Assembly (NCBI RefSeq): GCF_000025945.1
Contig: NC_006138.1
Coordinates: 1,830,001 to 1,862,000 of the forward strand
Direction of reading: 5' to 3'
DNA: 32,000 nucleotides
Origin: Desulfotalea psychrophila LSv54
GTDB lineage: Bacteria > Desulfobacterota > Desulfobulbia > Desulfobulbales > Desulfocapsaceae
The notes below the pieces were generated by a model. The model worked only from the letters and a program-made list of their open reading frames with translations. It was not told where the DNA came from and did no database searches. The stretch's first letter is position 1. Each line of letters starts with the position of its first letter. A program made the position numbers and the translations under genes. Positions 10,880 through 17,833 of this stretch are shown here, piece after piece.

Positions 10880-11014
10880 ATTTTGGCCTGCTATTGGCTA
10901 ATGTCTCATGGTGCAGTTACCATTTTTATTATCTAACTGCCATCATAATCCCTCCACCTGCCCGCATGACGCTATCCCTAGGGGGTAGTTGCTTTTTCTA
11001 ACAGCTGATAACTG

Positions 11015-11051
11015 ACACCTCCCCCGCACGCCTTCCTAGCCCGGGGGAGGT
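11015..11051. repeat. Inverted repeat (CACCTCCCCCG ... CGGGGGAGGTG) between the two flavoprotein genes
   Basis: Perfect 11-bp arms (11015-11025 and 11041-11051) with a 15-nt loop. Confidence 0.8.
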
Positions 11052-11062
11052 GGGAGGAGGGC

Positions 11063-12265
11063 CTATTTTCCCTCTTCACTCGCGAGGATGCTCCGGCCAA
11101 GTTCACGACCATATTCACGACACTGGTCAAGGCTCTCCTCGGTGGGAACATATTTGAGGCGCAGACCATCATTTATCCGCTCTATTTTCATCTCATCCAT
11201 TATGGTGTTGAGTTGGGCCACTGCCTCGCCGCTCCAACCATAGGAGCCAAAGGCCGCCCCCAACTTTCTCGCCGGTTTCAGTCCCTTCATATAGCTCAAA
11301 AGCCCTGCCATACGAGGCAGGATGCCGTTGTTCAGGGTTGGGCTGCCAAGGATGAGGGCCCGGGCATCAAGCACTTTTGTTACCACATCACTGCGGTGAT
11401 GAACCTGCATATTGATAAGCTCTGCCGGTACACCCTCCTCTTCAAGTCCTATGGAGATGGACTTGGCCATCTCCTCGGTGGAGTGCCACATGCTGTCGTA
11501 GATTATCAGAGCCCTGTTAGAATGTTCCTGATTGCTCCATTTCTCGTAGGCGGCAAGGATTTTATCCTGGTGGCTACGCCAGATAAGGCCGTGGTCCGGG
11601 GCGATTATTTTTAAATCCAGGTCCATTTCTTTGATGGTGCGCAGCAACTTTCTTATCAGCGGGGAGAAGAGATTGAGGATGTTAGCATAGTATTTAGCGC
11701 TCTCCTGCATGATTTCGTCCAACTCAAGTTCATCGTCAAAACGTTCTGTACTGGCAAGATGTTGGCCAAAGGCGTCGCTGGTGAAGAGGATGCCATCTTC
11801 CTGTAGGTAGGAAAACATGGAGTCGGGCCAATGCAGCATTCGTGTTTCCAGAAACTGAACGGTGCGGGCCCCGAGGGAAATTTCATCGCCGGATTTTACT
11901 ATATGGTAGGGCCAGTCTTCCCTATGAAAGTGGGCGATCAGTGCCTTTTCTCCCATGGGTGAGCAGATGAGCTTTTCAGGTTGGACGATCTCCATCATCT
12001 TCGGTAGGGAGCCAGAGTGATCGAGTTCTACGTGGTTAACGACAATATAGTCAATCTCCTTTGGATCAATTATTTTTCCTATATTGTAGAGCAGTTGATC
12101 CATGTGGGAATGTTTCACGGTGTCAAAGAGGGTCACCTTTTCATCGATGACTAAAAAAGAGTTATAGGTTGATCCCCTATAGGTGGAGTATCCGTGAAAA
12201 TCCCGTACGTCCCAGTCAACTGCTCCTACCCAATATATGCCCTTGGCAAGTTTATTCTTATTCAT
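11063..12265 (-). CDS. A-type flavoprotein (rubredoxin:oxygen oxidoreductase / FprA-like), paralog 2
   Basis: MNKNKLAKGIYWVGAVDWD, HVELDHSG (HxExDH di-iron motif), LHWPDSMFSYL, IIAPDHGLIW, flavodoxin domain ALILGSPTLNNG...LGAAFGSYGWSGEAV. Confidence 0.93.
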   Translation of the reverse strand: MNKNKLAKGIYWVGAVDWDVRDFHGYSTYRGSTYNSFLVIDEKVTLFDTVKHSHMDQLLYNIGKIIDPKEIDYIVVNHVELDHSGSLPKMMEIVQPEKLICSPMGEKALIAHFHREDWPYHIVKSGDEISLGARTVQFLETRMLHWPDSMFSYLQEDGILFTSDAFGQHLASTERFDDELELDEIMQESAKYYANILNLFSPLIRKLLRTIKEMDLDLKIIAPDHGLIWRSHQDKILAAYEKWSNQEHSNRALIIYDSMWHSTEEMAKSISIGLEEEGVPAELINMQVHHRSDVVTKVLDARALILGSPTLNNGILPRMAGLLSYMKGLKPARKLGAAFGSYGWSGEAVAQLNTIMDEMKIERINDGLRLKYVPTEESLDQCREYGRELGRSILASEEGK

Positions 12266-12451
12266 AGCGTTAATACCTTATAAGTTCTTTGAATTTTGCT
12301 GTTTGTTCTTAATTCTCTATTGCTTATACTAAACAATATGGGGCTTTAAGACTAGCAGGTTTTGCCAGGAGATATTTTCCCCCAGCCTGATTGTATTCTT
12401 TTCGACTATTTGCTAAGAAAAATAAGTATTTCCTTAGAAGTTCTTTTGTAG

Positions 12452-12466
12452 TAATGATTATCATTA
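12452..12466. promoter_or_regulatory. Fur/PerR-like operator between the divergent flavoprotein-2 and ferredoxin genes
   Basis: Perfect 7-1-7 inverted repeat TAATGAT-T-ATCATTA. Confidence 0.6.
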
Positions 12467-12504
12467 ACTGTTTAACAATAATAAAATTTAATGCAAGGAT
12501 TATT

Positions 12505-12729
12505 GTGAAAGAGAAGAGTGAGAGCTGTGGACTGTGGTTTCAGTTTCCGGTGATAGATCTTGGTCTATGCAGTGAGTGCCTTGGCTGCATCGAAATTGCG
12601 CCGAATATTTTTGTCTATAATTATGACCTTGGTATGATGGAGGTGATTGAACAGGAGAGCTATGATCGACAGCTGGTTGATGAGGCCATGAAGAACTGTC
12701 CAAAAAAATGTATTAGCTGGGAGTGCTAG
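12505..12729 (+). CDS. Small 4Fe-4S ferredoxin
   Basis: CSECLGC...NCPKKC cluster ligands. GTG start at 12505 with upstream AAGGA is more likely than the 12391 start in the track. Confidence 0.8.
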   Translation: MKEKSESCGLWFQFPVIDLGLCSECLGCIEIAPNIFVYNYDLGMMEVIEQESYDRQLVDEAMKNCPKKCISWEC

Positions 12730-12893
12730 TGCTTTGTAGAGCTTTAGATATCGTAAATATTGTTGAGCCATTTTGGTGCGCTGCAAGGCACGAATGAAGG
12801 AGCATAGCAGCGCTATGTGACCGAATGAGAAACGAAGTCAGCGCGAGAAAAGGGCAAACAATATACGGTGGATAAAGTTTTACAGAGCACTAG
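12726..12893. mobile_element. MITE-like element with long imperfect terminal inverted repeats
   Basis: Left end CTAGTGCTTTGTAGAGCTTTAGATATCGTAAATATTGTTGAGCC; reverse complement of right end CTAGTGCTCTGTAAAACTTTATCCACCGTATATTGTTTGCCC. Internal palindrome CATAGCAGCGCTATG. About 168 bp, between convergent genes. Confidence 0.6.
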
Positions 12894-12905
12894 GCAGGGT
12901 AAGGG

Positions 12906-14642
12906 TTATTTTGATCTTGCCAGGAGTTTTTTTCTTCCCAGGATAGAGATGACGCTCAGAGAGAGCATAAGGCCTGCACCGACAAAAAAGAGGGGGCCCA
13001 TTTCTCCACTGAGGAGTGCTGGCAGTGAGTTAGAAAAGAGAATAAAGGCTGTACAGGCAGGTAGGATACCGAGGATGGTTGCCAGTAGATAGTGGTGGAA
13101 GCGAATGCCGGAGAGTCCGAGGGCATAGTTGAGCGGGGTAAAGGGAAAGAGTGGGATCAGTCGTAGGGCAAAGACTATTTTCCAACCATGTTTTTCGATC
13201 ATGGACTCGAGTTGTTCCCCTTGTCCTTTTCTAAAGAGACCTTTCATTTTGTTCTGTAGCCAATTCCCGGCGATGTATCTTGATACCAGAAAGGAGAGCG
13301 CCGCTCCAAGGCTTGCCCCTGTCATGGCATAGATGATACCCCATACATGGCCATAGAGGAGGCCTGCCACCATAACAAAGGGGAAGGCCGGCAGAAAGCA
13401 TACGGGAACCAGAGCCATAATGCTGATATAGAGCAGGGGGGAAAGGTTCTGCATGTGCAGGATGAGTAGCTCAAGGTGTTCCTTTTGCAGGAAATTGTCT
13501 ACTCCCTTGACCCTGAGGGTACAGGCGAGAGAGATGATGGTGATCAGTAGCGCGGCCTTAGCCCATGGGGTCTTGCTTGCTGTTGCGTGGTCTTTTTCTA
13601 AGCGTTTTTTAAGTAAGAAACGATGCAGATAGGTGAATGGAAAGGCTGTCTTTTGTTCTTTACCTGTGGCACAGCCCTCTTCGTCAAAGAGGATATCCAG
13701 CAGGTGGACGGTGGAAAAGTTCTTGCCGAGGCTGACTGAGCAACCTGCACAGTAGGTAATGATCTTTTCCCCGCCTGCCTCTCTTTCTCTCTTCTGCCAA
13801 CTCTCACGAAACCTGGGGGCAAGGCAGCTTACAGCTCCGCCCTCCCCGCAACAGATGGTCTTCTCCTTGCTATGAACGCTCTCTTTAATTTTCATGTTTT
13901 TGGGAAGTATTTCGCGCACAGCATTCTGTATCTCCACTGAAAAACGGGTGCTGCAGGCATCGTGGATGGAAAATGTCTGAGAAAAATTTCCCTTACAGAT
14001 GGGGGGGGACTCCCTGAGCTCTTCATAGATGGAAATGGTGTCGAAGCCCTGCCCATACTCTTTAAAGATACGGTAACAGCTCGGGCAGGCGGTGATGATT
14101 TTCTTGATGCCCTCTTCTCTGAGACGGCTTAAAAGTCGTTCGAGGGAGGAGGTAAAAAGGTCCTGTTTACCAAGATCGTGGGACGGCTTATGGCAACAGG
14201 CGAGGATAATACCAATGCTGGGATCTCTCTCTTGCAGGAAGTGGTAGGCTCGTTCGGTAACCCTGTCCCGGGTGGCGGCAAGGGCGCATCCGGGGAAGAA
14301 TATGGTGGAACACCCCTGCGGCAGATGCTCCAGACGAAGAAGCTTGCTGTCGCCCCAATTTTCGTAGGCAAGAATGCCCCTATGGGCAGGATTACCACCC
14401 TCTTTTTTTTGCACATCTTCTCGCATGGCAAGCACTGCCGCCGGCATATCCAGAGAGCAGGGACAGACTGCTTGGCAGAGTCCGCACATATTACAGAGAA
14501 AGGGGTCTACTCCATCTTTCCCCTCTTGTAGATAGGCCGTGCAAATTTCACCCGGAGTGCCTTTTTCCTGAAGAAAGAGACACTCTTTGAGGCAGATTTT
14601 ACATTCTATGCAGTGGTTGGCAATATCTTCTATTTTTTTCAT
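12906..14642 (-). CDS. Fe-S/CCG-domain oxidoreductase fused to a TVP38/TMEM64 (VTT/SNARE-associated) membrane domain
   Basis: Two 4Fe-4S motifs (HCIECKICLKEC; CNMCGLCQAVCP), HdrD/GlcF-like cysteine motifs (CCHKPSHD, CPSCYRIF, ICCGEGGAVSC, YCAGCS), then a multi-TM C-terminus (FVMVAGLLYGHVWGIIYAMTGASLGAALSFLVSRYIAG...LRLIPLFPFTPLNYALGLSGI). Start at 14642 (MKKIEDIANHC). Confidence 0.85.
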   Translation of the reverse strand: MKKIEDIANHCIECKICLKECLFLQEKGTPGEICTAYLQEGKDGVDPFLCNMCGLCQAVCPCSLDMPAAVLAMREDVQKKEGGNPAHRGILAYENWGDSKLLRLEHLPQGCSTIFFPGCALAATRDRVTERAYHFLQERDPSIGIILACCHKPSHDLGKQDLFTSSLERLLSRLREEGIKKIITACPSCYRIFKEYGQGFDTISIYEELRESPPICKGNFSQTFSIHDACSTRFSVEIQNAVREILPKNMKIKESVHSKEKTICCGEGGAVSCLAPRFRESWQKREREAGGEKIITYCAGCSVSLGKNFSTVHLLDILFDEEGCATGKEQKTAFPFTYLHRFLLKKRLEKDHATASKTPWAKAALLITIISLACTLRVKGVDNFLQKEHLELLILHMQNLSPLLYISIMALVPVCFLPAFPFVMVAGLLYGHVWGIIYAMTGASLGAALSFLVSRYIAGNWLQNKMKGLFRKGQGEQLESMIEKHGWKIVFALRLIPLFPFTPLNYALGLSGIRFHHYLLATILGILPACTAFILFSNSLPALLSGEMGPLFFVGAGLMLSLSVISILGRKKLLARSK

Positions 14643-14673
14643 GGAGAGTAGTAATGACAGAATTATCTGCCTC

Positions 14674-15345
14674 TTAGAGAGGGTTTGCCGTTTTTCTGTC
14701 TCGGTAAATTTTGCGTAGGAGCAGAGCCAGGACAGAGAAGGCAAAGAGGATAAAGAGGGCGGTGACAAAGGTCTTTGCCCCCCCCGTAAGCATCTCTCCT
14801 GCATAGGAATAGACCAGGGTCGCCGGAAGTTGGCCGATACCCGTTGCCCAGAGGAACTGCCAGAAGCTCATGGAGGTGAGTCCTGCCGCGTAGCTGACAA
14901 TATCAAAGGAGACAAAGGGCAGGAGGCGGGCGATGAGGATGGCATATTTGCCATGTCTTTCAAAAAAACCGTCCACTCCTTTCAGGGCCTCTTTTGAGGT
15001 CAGTTTTTCCACCATCTCTCGTCCTAGAAAACGGGCAATCCAGAAGCAGAGCAGGGCACCTGCCATGGCGCTTACCCAAGAGAGAATGGCTCCGTAGACC
15101 CAACCGAAGAGGGTGGCATTGGCAAAGGTAATGAGAAAGGCGGGCAGGGGGGCGATAATGGATTGAAAGATCATCAGGAGAAAGGAGACAATCGGTGCCC
15201 AGGGGCCAAAGCTAAGTATATAGCCTTTAATAGAGTCAAGGTCGTATATACTGAAGAGAAAGAAGACCTGCTCAATGCTCTGCCAGAAGGGGATGCACAG
15301 CAGGGTAATTATGGCGATAAAAATCAGTGGTTTGAATATCTTCAT
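14674..15345 (-). CDS. TVP38/TMEM64 family membrane protein (VTT domain)
   Basis: PAFLITFANATLFGWVYGAILSWVSAMAGALLCFWIARFLGRE...ARLLPFVSFDIVSYAAGLTSM. Confidence 0.88.
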   Translation of the reverse strand: MKIFKPLIFIAIITLLCIPFWQSIEQVFFLFSIYDLDSIKGYILSFGPWAPIVSFLLMIFQSIIAPLPAFLITFANATLFGWVYGAILSWVSAMAGALLCFWIARFLGREMVEKLTSKEALKGVDGFFERHGKYAILIARLLPFVSFDIVSYAAGLTSMSFWQFLWATGIGQLPATLVYSYAGEMLTGGAKTFVTALFILFAFSVLALLLRKIYRDRKTANPL

Positions 15346-15497
15346 CTTTTTTTTTCAGGCTAATGTTTTGGGCATGTTGATACATGCCGTAAATAACCTG
15401 CTGAACATATTGAGATGGGAGGGGAAAGTCCAATACTTATCTGCTATGTGGGAACGTGGACATATAGGGAATGCCTATGGCATGGCTCTGGGCAAAG

Positions 15498-15587
15498 GTA
15501 GAGACGTCGATTTATCGCGTCTCATCTGCGTTGCCGGCTACACCAGAGACGCGATAAATTACCCCACGGGTTTGTGAAATGGGTGAT
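15498..15587 (+). repeat. Dispersed repeat copy A (GTAGAGACGTC family)
   Basis: gtagagacgtcgatttatcgcgtctcatctgcgttgccggctacaccagagacgcgataaattaccccacgggtttgtgaaatgggtgat; closely matches copies B and C. Confidence 0.85.
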
Positions 15588-15969
15588 GTGGTGGGGGCGC
15601 AACACAAACCATCCATCAGGGTAATGCGTTAGGCGTTGCTTTTCTAAAATGAGGTTGGCACTCGAAAAACTGTCTCTGGTGCACACCCACCCCAGAGCAC
15701 CCATCACCAAGGGGAGGAGTTAGGTATTGCTCTATTGAACCACAATATGTCACTTGCAGCACATGAAAAACTAAATAGATTTTTGAGAGCAAACGGGGGC
15801 TACAGGATTTAATAGCGCCCGATTCAACAACGGGTTTTGTCATGAAAAATGGAGCTGGCCTTAAGGCACCTCCCCTTCTCGGAGGGGGAGGAGGGAGGGG
15901 GAGTGCCAGCCCACCCACATAGCCACAACTGCCCTCTGCCCCTATCCTAAAAAAGGGCTTTGTCCAAAT

Positions 15970-16124
15970 GTAGAGACGTCGACTCATCTGCGTTGCCGGT
16001 TACACCGGAGACGCGATAAATCACCCCACGGGTTTGTGAAATGGGTGATCTTCAAGCAGTGGTTAACTGTTTTTTCTGATAGCTGATAGCTGATAGCTGA
16101 TAGCTGATAGCTGATAGCTGATAG
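15970..16124 (+). repeat. Dispersed repeat copy B, with 3' extension ending in a (CTGATAG)7 tract
   Basis: Same core as A with a 10-nt internal deletion, then cttcaagcagtggttaactgttttttctgatag...; extension shared with copy C. Confidence 0.85.
16076..16124 (+). repeat. Heptanucleotide tandem repeat (CTGATAG)x7
   Basis: Seven uninterrupted CTGATAG units immediately downstream of the methyltransferase stop codon. Confidence 0.95.
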
Positions 16125-16127
16125 CTG

Positions 16128-16970
16128 TTATTTGTCAGCCTGGGCACTAAAGAGGGCACCGGCGGTGTAGGCAGAGGTCGTCACCCCTGTATCCCCGACA
16201 TAGCAAATGTTACAAAATCCCGCTTCAAGCATATACTCTATTTGGTCTCCTACAGAGACCGCGCCGCCTATTCAGTTTGACCAGGCGGCTGCTCCCTTCA
16301 TCTCCGTGGGCAGTTTTTTCCGCAGAACAATATCAGCAAACTGTAGCTTTCCTTGTGGCTTGAGTACGCGAAACACCTCGGCGAAGAGGAGTGTCTTTTG
16401 CAAGGAGAGGTTGAATACGCCATTGGAGATGACCAGATCAAAGGAGTTATCGGCAAAGGGCAAGACCTCATCTTTGCTGGTCAGAGCCCGGCAGTTCTTC
16501 AGGCCCAGCCTCTTAAAATTGTTATTTGCCAGCTTTACCATCTCCGCATTGAGATCCACTCCGTAGATCTTTGCCGTCTTGCCCAGGGTCTTGCTGGCAA
16601 TAATCATATCCAGACCACTACCACAACCAATGTCGAGGAGGCTCTTGTTTTTGGATGTGTCCGGCAGAAAAGGATTTCCCACCCCGCAAAAAGAGTCGAT
16701 AATCTCCTTTGGCAGTTCCTGATAAAGAGTCTCGTTGTAGTCGTGCAACAGTAGCCCGGCCCCTCCCGTAGGGTAGGAGAAAAATCCTTCAGGTGATTTT
16801 AGGGCAACCTTGGTGAATTTTTCCTGGATACTGGCCTGAATATCAGCTCTCTCCTGTGTCGCGAGAGTCTTTTGTTGTTTTTCCTGGTTCGGATAAGGTT
16901 CATGACTCCTGCTTCCAGCAGGAACTATTGTCGGGCTTCAACCAGATGAACATGTATTGATTGGCATCAT
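16128..16970 (-). CDS. Predicted selenoprotein: ArsM/UbiE-like SAM-dependent methyltransferase with two in-frame UGA (Sec) codons
   Basis: Continuous frame ATG 16970 -> TAA 16128 interrupted only by UGA at 16938-16940 and 16272-16274: MMPINTCSSGU-SPTIVPAGS...SPEGFFSYPTGGAGL...DSFCGVGNPF...LLDIGCGSGLD...MKGAAAWSNU-IGGAVSVGDQIEYMLEAGFCNICYVGDTGVTTSAYTAGALFSAQADK*. Family-like sequence lies on both sides of both UGAs, with a SECIS-like hairpin after each. Confidence 0.8.
16244..16260 (-). promoter_or_regulatory. Candidate bacterial SECIS hairpin for the second UGA
   Basis: In transcript sense: UGA-11 nt-GGUCUC-UGUAG-GAGACC; 6-bp stem, G in second loop position. Confidence 0.65.
16906..16924 (-). 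promoter_or_regulatory. Candidate bacterial SECIS hairpin for the first UGA
   Basis: In transcript sense: UGA-13 nt-UUCCUGC-UGGAA-GCAGGAG; 7-bp stem (one terminal U-G), GG in the loop. Confidence 0.7.
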
Positions 16971-17023
16971 ATCTCTCTAAAAGGTTTTGCCCCAGCACAC
17001 CTCTCTCGCCAAGGGGAGGTTTG

Positions 17024-17154
17024 GTAGAGACGTCGATTTATCGCGTCTCATTTGCACTGGAGGGTATATCGGAGACGCGATAAATTACCCCACGGGTTTG
17101 TAAATGGGGTGATCTTGAAGCAGTGGTTAACTGTTTTTTCTGACAGCTGATAGC
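17024..17154 (+). repeat. Dispersed repeat copy C
   Basis: gtagagacgtcgatttatcgcgtctcatttgcactggagggtatatcggagacgcgataaattaccccacgggtttgtaaatggggtgatcttgaagcagtggttaactgttttttctgacagctgatag. Confidence 0.85.
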
Positions 17155-17165
17155 TCCGCGCGGCC

Positions 17166-17810
17166 TTAAAAGGCACGCAAAAAAGCTTCGTCAACCTGAT
17201 CAAGATCTGTGATGAGCCGATCTGCCTGGCAAAAATCATGGTCCTTGGTGTAGGCGTTGGGGGGATGGCAATGCCCACCATTCCGGCATTCTTTGCCGCC
17301 AGCAGGCCGGGGCCGGAATCTTCAAAGGCCATGGCCTTTGCTGGTACTACTCCGAGCCTGGCACAGCTTGTTAGATAAATTTCGGGATGGGGTTTTCGTT
17401 CACTGACCATATCTCCACCGATGATCTCTTGAAAATATTTCAGTATCCATGACCTCAAGGATTTTACGCACCTCCTTTTCATGGGAGGAGGAGGCGAGGG
17501 CCAGAATCTTTCGTCGTAAAACCGCTCTAAAATTTCTCTGGCTCCCTGGCAGAGGCTGATTTGGGGAATAAGCCCCTATATAAACATCCTGTTTCTCCCT
17601 TATCAGATCCGTCTGAGATATTTGCCAGTTGCGGCTGCTGATATAGTCTGTTGCCACCTTTTCGTTGCTGGTGCCAATATAGGTCTCGAAGAGATCAAAG
17701 GTAAAGGGGCCTGCTCCATGCTTTTCCAGAATCTCCTTCCAGGCCATAAAATGGAGCTCTTCGCTATTTACCAGGGTGCCATCAAGGTCAAAGACCAGGG
17801 CTTCTATCAT
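17166..17810 (-). pseudogene. HAD-superfamily hydrolase (beta-phosphoglucomutase-like), multiply frameshifted
   Basis: IEALVFDLDGTLVNSEELHFMAW..., QPLPG..., LALASSSHEKEV, YFQEIIGGDMVSERKPHPEIYL, AMAFEDSGPGLLAAKNAGM, NAYTKDHDFCQADRLITDLDQVDEAFLRAF* spread over different minus frames. Confidence 0.85.
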
Positions 17811-17833
17811 GTCGAATCCTCTTTAAATCGTGT

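Noticed and set aside
12391-12504. N-terminal 38-residue extension of the ferredoxin ORF
   Set aside because: It covers the Fur-like operator and is AT-rich intergenic-like sequence; GTG 12505 has a Shine-Dalgarno and precedes the ferredoxin domain.
14643-14804. 54-residue N-terminal extension of the Fe-S/TVP38 ORF
   Set aside because: Low-complexity sequence overlapping the end of the upstream TVP38 gene; the conserved Fe-S part begins at MKKIEDIANHC.
16076-16124. Regular tandem repeats as a possible CRISPR array
   Set aside because: Seven-nt units with no spacers; a microsatellite-type tract. No CRISPR or cas genes were seen in the window.
17257-17262. Run of six C in the HAD gene as a programmed slippage site
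   Set aside because: The gene also needs other independent frame changes, so a single recoding site cannot restore it.
15522-17482. Shared peptide FTNPWGNLSRL in ORFs 15522-15710 and 17048-17482
   Set aside because: Not a protein family; it is the translation of the dispersed DNA repeat in two copies.
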